IMG/VR virus record: IMGVR_UViG_2563366903_000010
Location: 1-9,015 of that record
Source of the DNA: a virus
Lineage: Duplodnaviria > Heunggongvirae > Uroviricota > Caudoviricetes
Reading direction: 5' to 3' (one strand)
Length of the DNA: 9,015 nt
Numbering within the stretch: the stretch's first letter is position 1; each line of letters starts with the position of its first letter. The notes under the pieces were generated by a model. The model saw only the letters and a program-made list of their open reading frames with translations, was not told the DNA's origin and did no database searches. Positions 7,449-9,015 of this stretch are shown in pieces. The position numbers and the translations under genes were made by a program.

Positions 7449-7984
7449 TGCTGCACACAATTCATTTCTTATGCCCCGTTAACACTGCCACTGTTGGGCA
7501 ACTTCAGAACCACTGTCTCACCGCATTATCTCAAGGCGCAACTGAATTAAATATCCATATATCAAGTCAGGGAGGGGAAACTGCCGCTGGCTTTACTGCG
7601 TATAACTTTCTTAAGTCACTCCCTGTTACCGTTAGAACTCACAACATAAGCAATGTTGAATCCATAGCTAATATCGTTTTCCTGGCTGGCTCAGAACGTT
7701 TCGCAAACCCATTATCAAGATTCCTGTTACATCCTCTATTATGGGTCTTTGCCACCCCAGCCGCCGACCATGCCAGATTGAGAGAGTACGGGAAATGCCT
7801 CGATAACGATCTTGATCGCTTCGTTGAGACGTTCAATATCGACATCGGAACCCATATTAGGTGGGCATCCCTGATAGCAGACTCGACCATTTTGGATGCT
7901 AACAAGGCTCTTGAGCATGGCATAATTAATTCCATAAAAACTGCAAGGCTGGTATCCAATCAGGCAAACTGGTGGGTTGTTTGA
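7448..7984 (+). CDS. ClpP-fold (S14-like) putative Ser-His-Asp serine protease, 178 aa, lacking the ClpP N-terminal segment
   Basis: By-eye alignment to E. coli ClpP: LNIHISSQGGETAAG vs IYLYINSPGGVITAG; NVESIANIVFLAG vs GQAASMGAFLLTAG (Ser retained); LLHP vs MIHQP (His retained); LIADS vs TERDRF (Asp retained); EHGIINSI vs EYGLVDSI. The start ATG overlaps the Mnt-like stop (TAATG) with AAGGA upstream, indicating translational coupling. Confidence 0.75.
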   Translation: MLHTIHFLCPVNTATVGQLQNHCLTALSQGATELNIHISSQGGETAAGFTAYNFLKSLPVTVRTHNISNVESIANIVFLAGSERFANPLSRFLLHPLLWVFATPAADHARLREYGKCLDNDLDRFVETFNIDIGTHIRWASLIADSTILDANKALEHGIINSIKTARLVSNQANWWVV

Positions 7985-8009
7985 TGGGTAAATCATGATT
8001 GCTCCTTAT

Positions 8010-8031
8010 AAAAAAACCACCTGACGGTGGG
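8010..8031 (-). terminator. Intrinsic terminator-like hairpin immediately downstream of L (minus orientation)
   Basis: A7 run (8010-8016), stem CCACC (8017-8021), loop TGAC, stem GGTGG (8026-8030); minus-strand RNA reads hairpin + UUUUUUU. On the plus strand there is no U tract after it. Confidence 0.5.
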
Positions 8032-8040
8032 CATAATCCA

Positions 8041-8739
8041 TTACTGCGAAAGTTTATTAATGGAAAGGAAACCGCCAAAATTGCCGACATTCCTGCGCAG
8101 TTCACACCCGCGCATGCACTTGCTGCATCTGTCCTTACGGATATCGGTGGTGGGTTTATCGAACTCATCCGCCACAGCCCCGCCCGTGTAACCACACTCA
8201 TCAGAGCGGTAAGTCCACATACAGGTATTCGCCAGCATAATGCGACCGGGAAACAGCGCCCCGTCCGTCTCGGTCGGTGTGGCCAGCACAAACGAGGCCG
8301 TCATGGCTGTGAGCTGCGACATCTGCTCCACCACCCAGCGGTCCGTCAGCTCCTGCTCCGGGTCAGCCTCCGGATTGCCTGCCACAAAATTCACCGCATC
8401 CAGAAAACGCGCATACACCCGGCGACGAACCACCGTGGCCCCCACCAGGCTCTGCAAATCCTCCGCCATCCCGGTGACCAGCCCGAACAGATTCGACACC
8501 GTCAGTGACGGGCGGGCACTGCTCCCTTTCCCGTTCATCTCAAAGCCGCTGCCGTCAATCGGGTATGCCTGGTACTTCCGCCCCTGCCAGGTGACCGGCT
8601 CCCCTTTTTCATTCAGCTCATTACAGAAAAAATACCGCTCACCGCCCTGTACCGTCAGGTCGATTTCCCAGAGTACCACCCGCGGTGACTGCTCTGATTT
8701 AATCGACTCATTCAGGCTTTCTTCGTTGATCTCCTGCAT
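8041..8739 (-). CDS. L: Tail tip protein L (232 aa from ATG 8739)
   Basis: MQEINEESLNE...VVLWEIDLT..GGERYFFCNE.NEKGEPVTWQGR.YQ.YPI.GSGFE.NGKG...FLSINKLSQ matches remembered lambda L along its full length, including the C-terminus. The listed 250-aa ORF adds 18 N-terminal codons that run through a terminator hairpin and are rejected. Confidence 0.9.
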   Translation of the reverse strand: MQEINEESLNESIKSEQSPRVVLWEIDLTVQGGERYFFCNELNEKGEPVTWQGRKYQAYPIDGSGFEMNGKGSSARPSLTVSNLFGLVTGMAEDLQSLVGATVVRRRVYARFLDAVNFVAGNPEADPEQELTDRWVVEQMSQLTAMTASFVLATPTETDGALFPGRIMLANTCMWTYRSDECGYTGGAVADEFDKPTTDIRKDRCSKCMRGCELRRNVGNFGGFLSINKLSQ

Positions 8740-8752
8740 AAACATCCACCCA

Positions 8753-8777
8753 TAAAAAAAGGGGCGCAATGCGCCCC
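8753..8777 (-). terminator. Rho-independent terminator (minus orientation) ending about 14 nt upstream of the L start codon
   Basis: Stem GGGGCGC (8761-8767), loop AAT, stem GCGCCCC (8771-8777), with an A7 run at 8754-8760 on the plus strand, i.e. hairpin + UUUUUUU on the minus-strand RNA. Confidence 0.65.
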
Positions 8778-8835
8778 TGATAAAATAGTTCAATTAAAAA
8801 ATCAAAAACGATGAAGGTAATAAAATGAAAATTAA

Positions 8836-8852
8836 ATCAGCTAATAGCTGAT
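8836..8852. repeat. Perfect 17-bp palindrome ATCAGCTA-A-TAGCTGAT
   Basis: Read directly from the sequence; intergenic between the porin gene and L. Candidate protein-binding site. Confidence 0.5.
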
Positions 8853-8861
8853 CGCAGTGAC

Positions 8862-8916
8862 CAGTGGAAATATAACTTCCACTGATACAGGCCATCTGTG
8901 AGGGCAGATGGCCTGT
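8862..8916. other. Two adjacent stem-loops just downstream of the porin stop codon
   Basis: CAGTGGAA (8862-8869) / TTCCACTG (8877-8884), and ACAGGCCATCTG (8887-8898) / CAGATGGCCTGT (8905-8916). The second is followed by TATTTATTT on the plus strand. Confidence 0.4.
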
Positions 8917-8935
8917 ATTTATTTACCAGTAATCA

Positions 8936-9015
8936 TCAGAACTGATAAGTCATACCAACAGCAACGATATCATCCGTTGCAATGCCCGCATCCCTGGTAA
9001 ACTTATTCTCATCAA
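8936..9015 (-). CDS. 3' end of an OmpC/NmpC-family general porin gene (C-terminal 25 codons plus stop; gene continues beyond the window end)
   Basis: Minus-strand translation ...DENKFTRDAGIATDDIVAVGMTYQF-stop. The terminal ...VA.G..YQF with aromatic C-terminus and the preceding D.N.FTRDAGI.TD.IVA pattern match remembered enterobacterial porin C-termini (OmpC ...[24 protein letters not shown]). Confidence 0.6.
   Translation of the reverse strand, partial: DENKFTRDAGIATDDIVAVGMTYQF

Noticed and set aside
7639-8508. ORFs of 85-169 aa overlapping the ClpP-fold gene and L on either strand
   Set aside because: Antisense or alternate-frame shadows of supported genes; no independent signals.
8041-8793. 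250-aa version of L starting at ATG 8793
   Set aside because: The extra 18 codons (MNYFIRGALRPFFYGWMF) are the translation of the upstream terminator hairpin and U tract; lambda L begins at the MQ... methionine.
8825-8851. 8-codon plus-strand mini-ORF (MKIKSANS) with a weak upstream AAGG
   Set aside because: Too short, and it overlaps the perfect palindrome; most likely a chance ATG.
8887-8916. Hairpin ACAGGCCATCTG/CAGATGGCCTGT as a possible REP/BIME element
   Set aside because: It does not match the REP consensus as I remember it (GCCGGATGCGGCG...); treated as a plain stem-loop after the porin stop.
1-9015. CRISPR arrays, tRNA/rRNA genes, integrase or attachment sites
   Set aside because: No regularly spaced direct repeats with unique spacers, no tRNA-like structures, and no integrase-like ORF; the window is tail-module interior plus one flank.

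Overview
Reverse-strand tail-tip module of a lambda-like (lambdoid) prophage: L, K, I, J and the 5' part of a collagen-repeat tail-fibre gene, all on the minus strand. A ~2.1 kb accessory insertion (moron, ~5918-8040) sits between L and K. It has the architecture of the phage P22 immI region: divergent Mnt-like and Arc-like ribbon-helix-helix (RHH) repressor genes around a repeat-rich promoter/operator region, with a Bro-N antirepressor-like gene downstream of the Arc-like gene. The Mnt-like gene is translationally coupled (TAATG) to a 178-aa ClpP-fold protein whose Ser/His/Asp positions appear retained, which is the most interesting candidate here. A second candidate is a ~100-nt small RNA on the plus strand in the 240-bp I-J spacer, with a near-consensus sigma70 promoter and an intrinsic terminator. 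Stem-loop/U-tract terminators sit inside the tail operon, which implies antiterminated read-through. L is preceded by a terminator and the 3' end of an OmpC-family porin gene rather than gene M. No rRNA, tRNA or CRISPR array was seen. All homology calls are by-eye comparison with remembered lambda, P22 and E. coli sequences; nothing was searched or computed.
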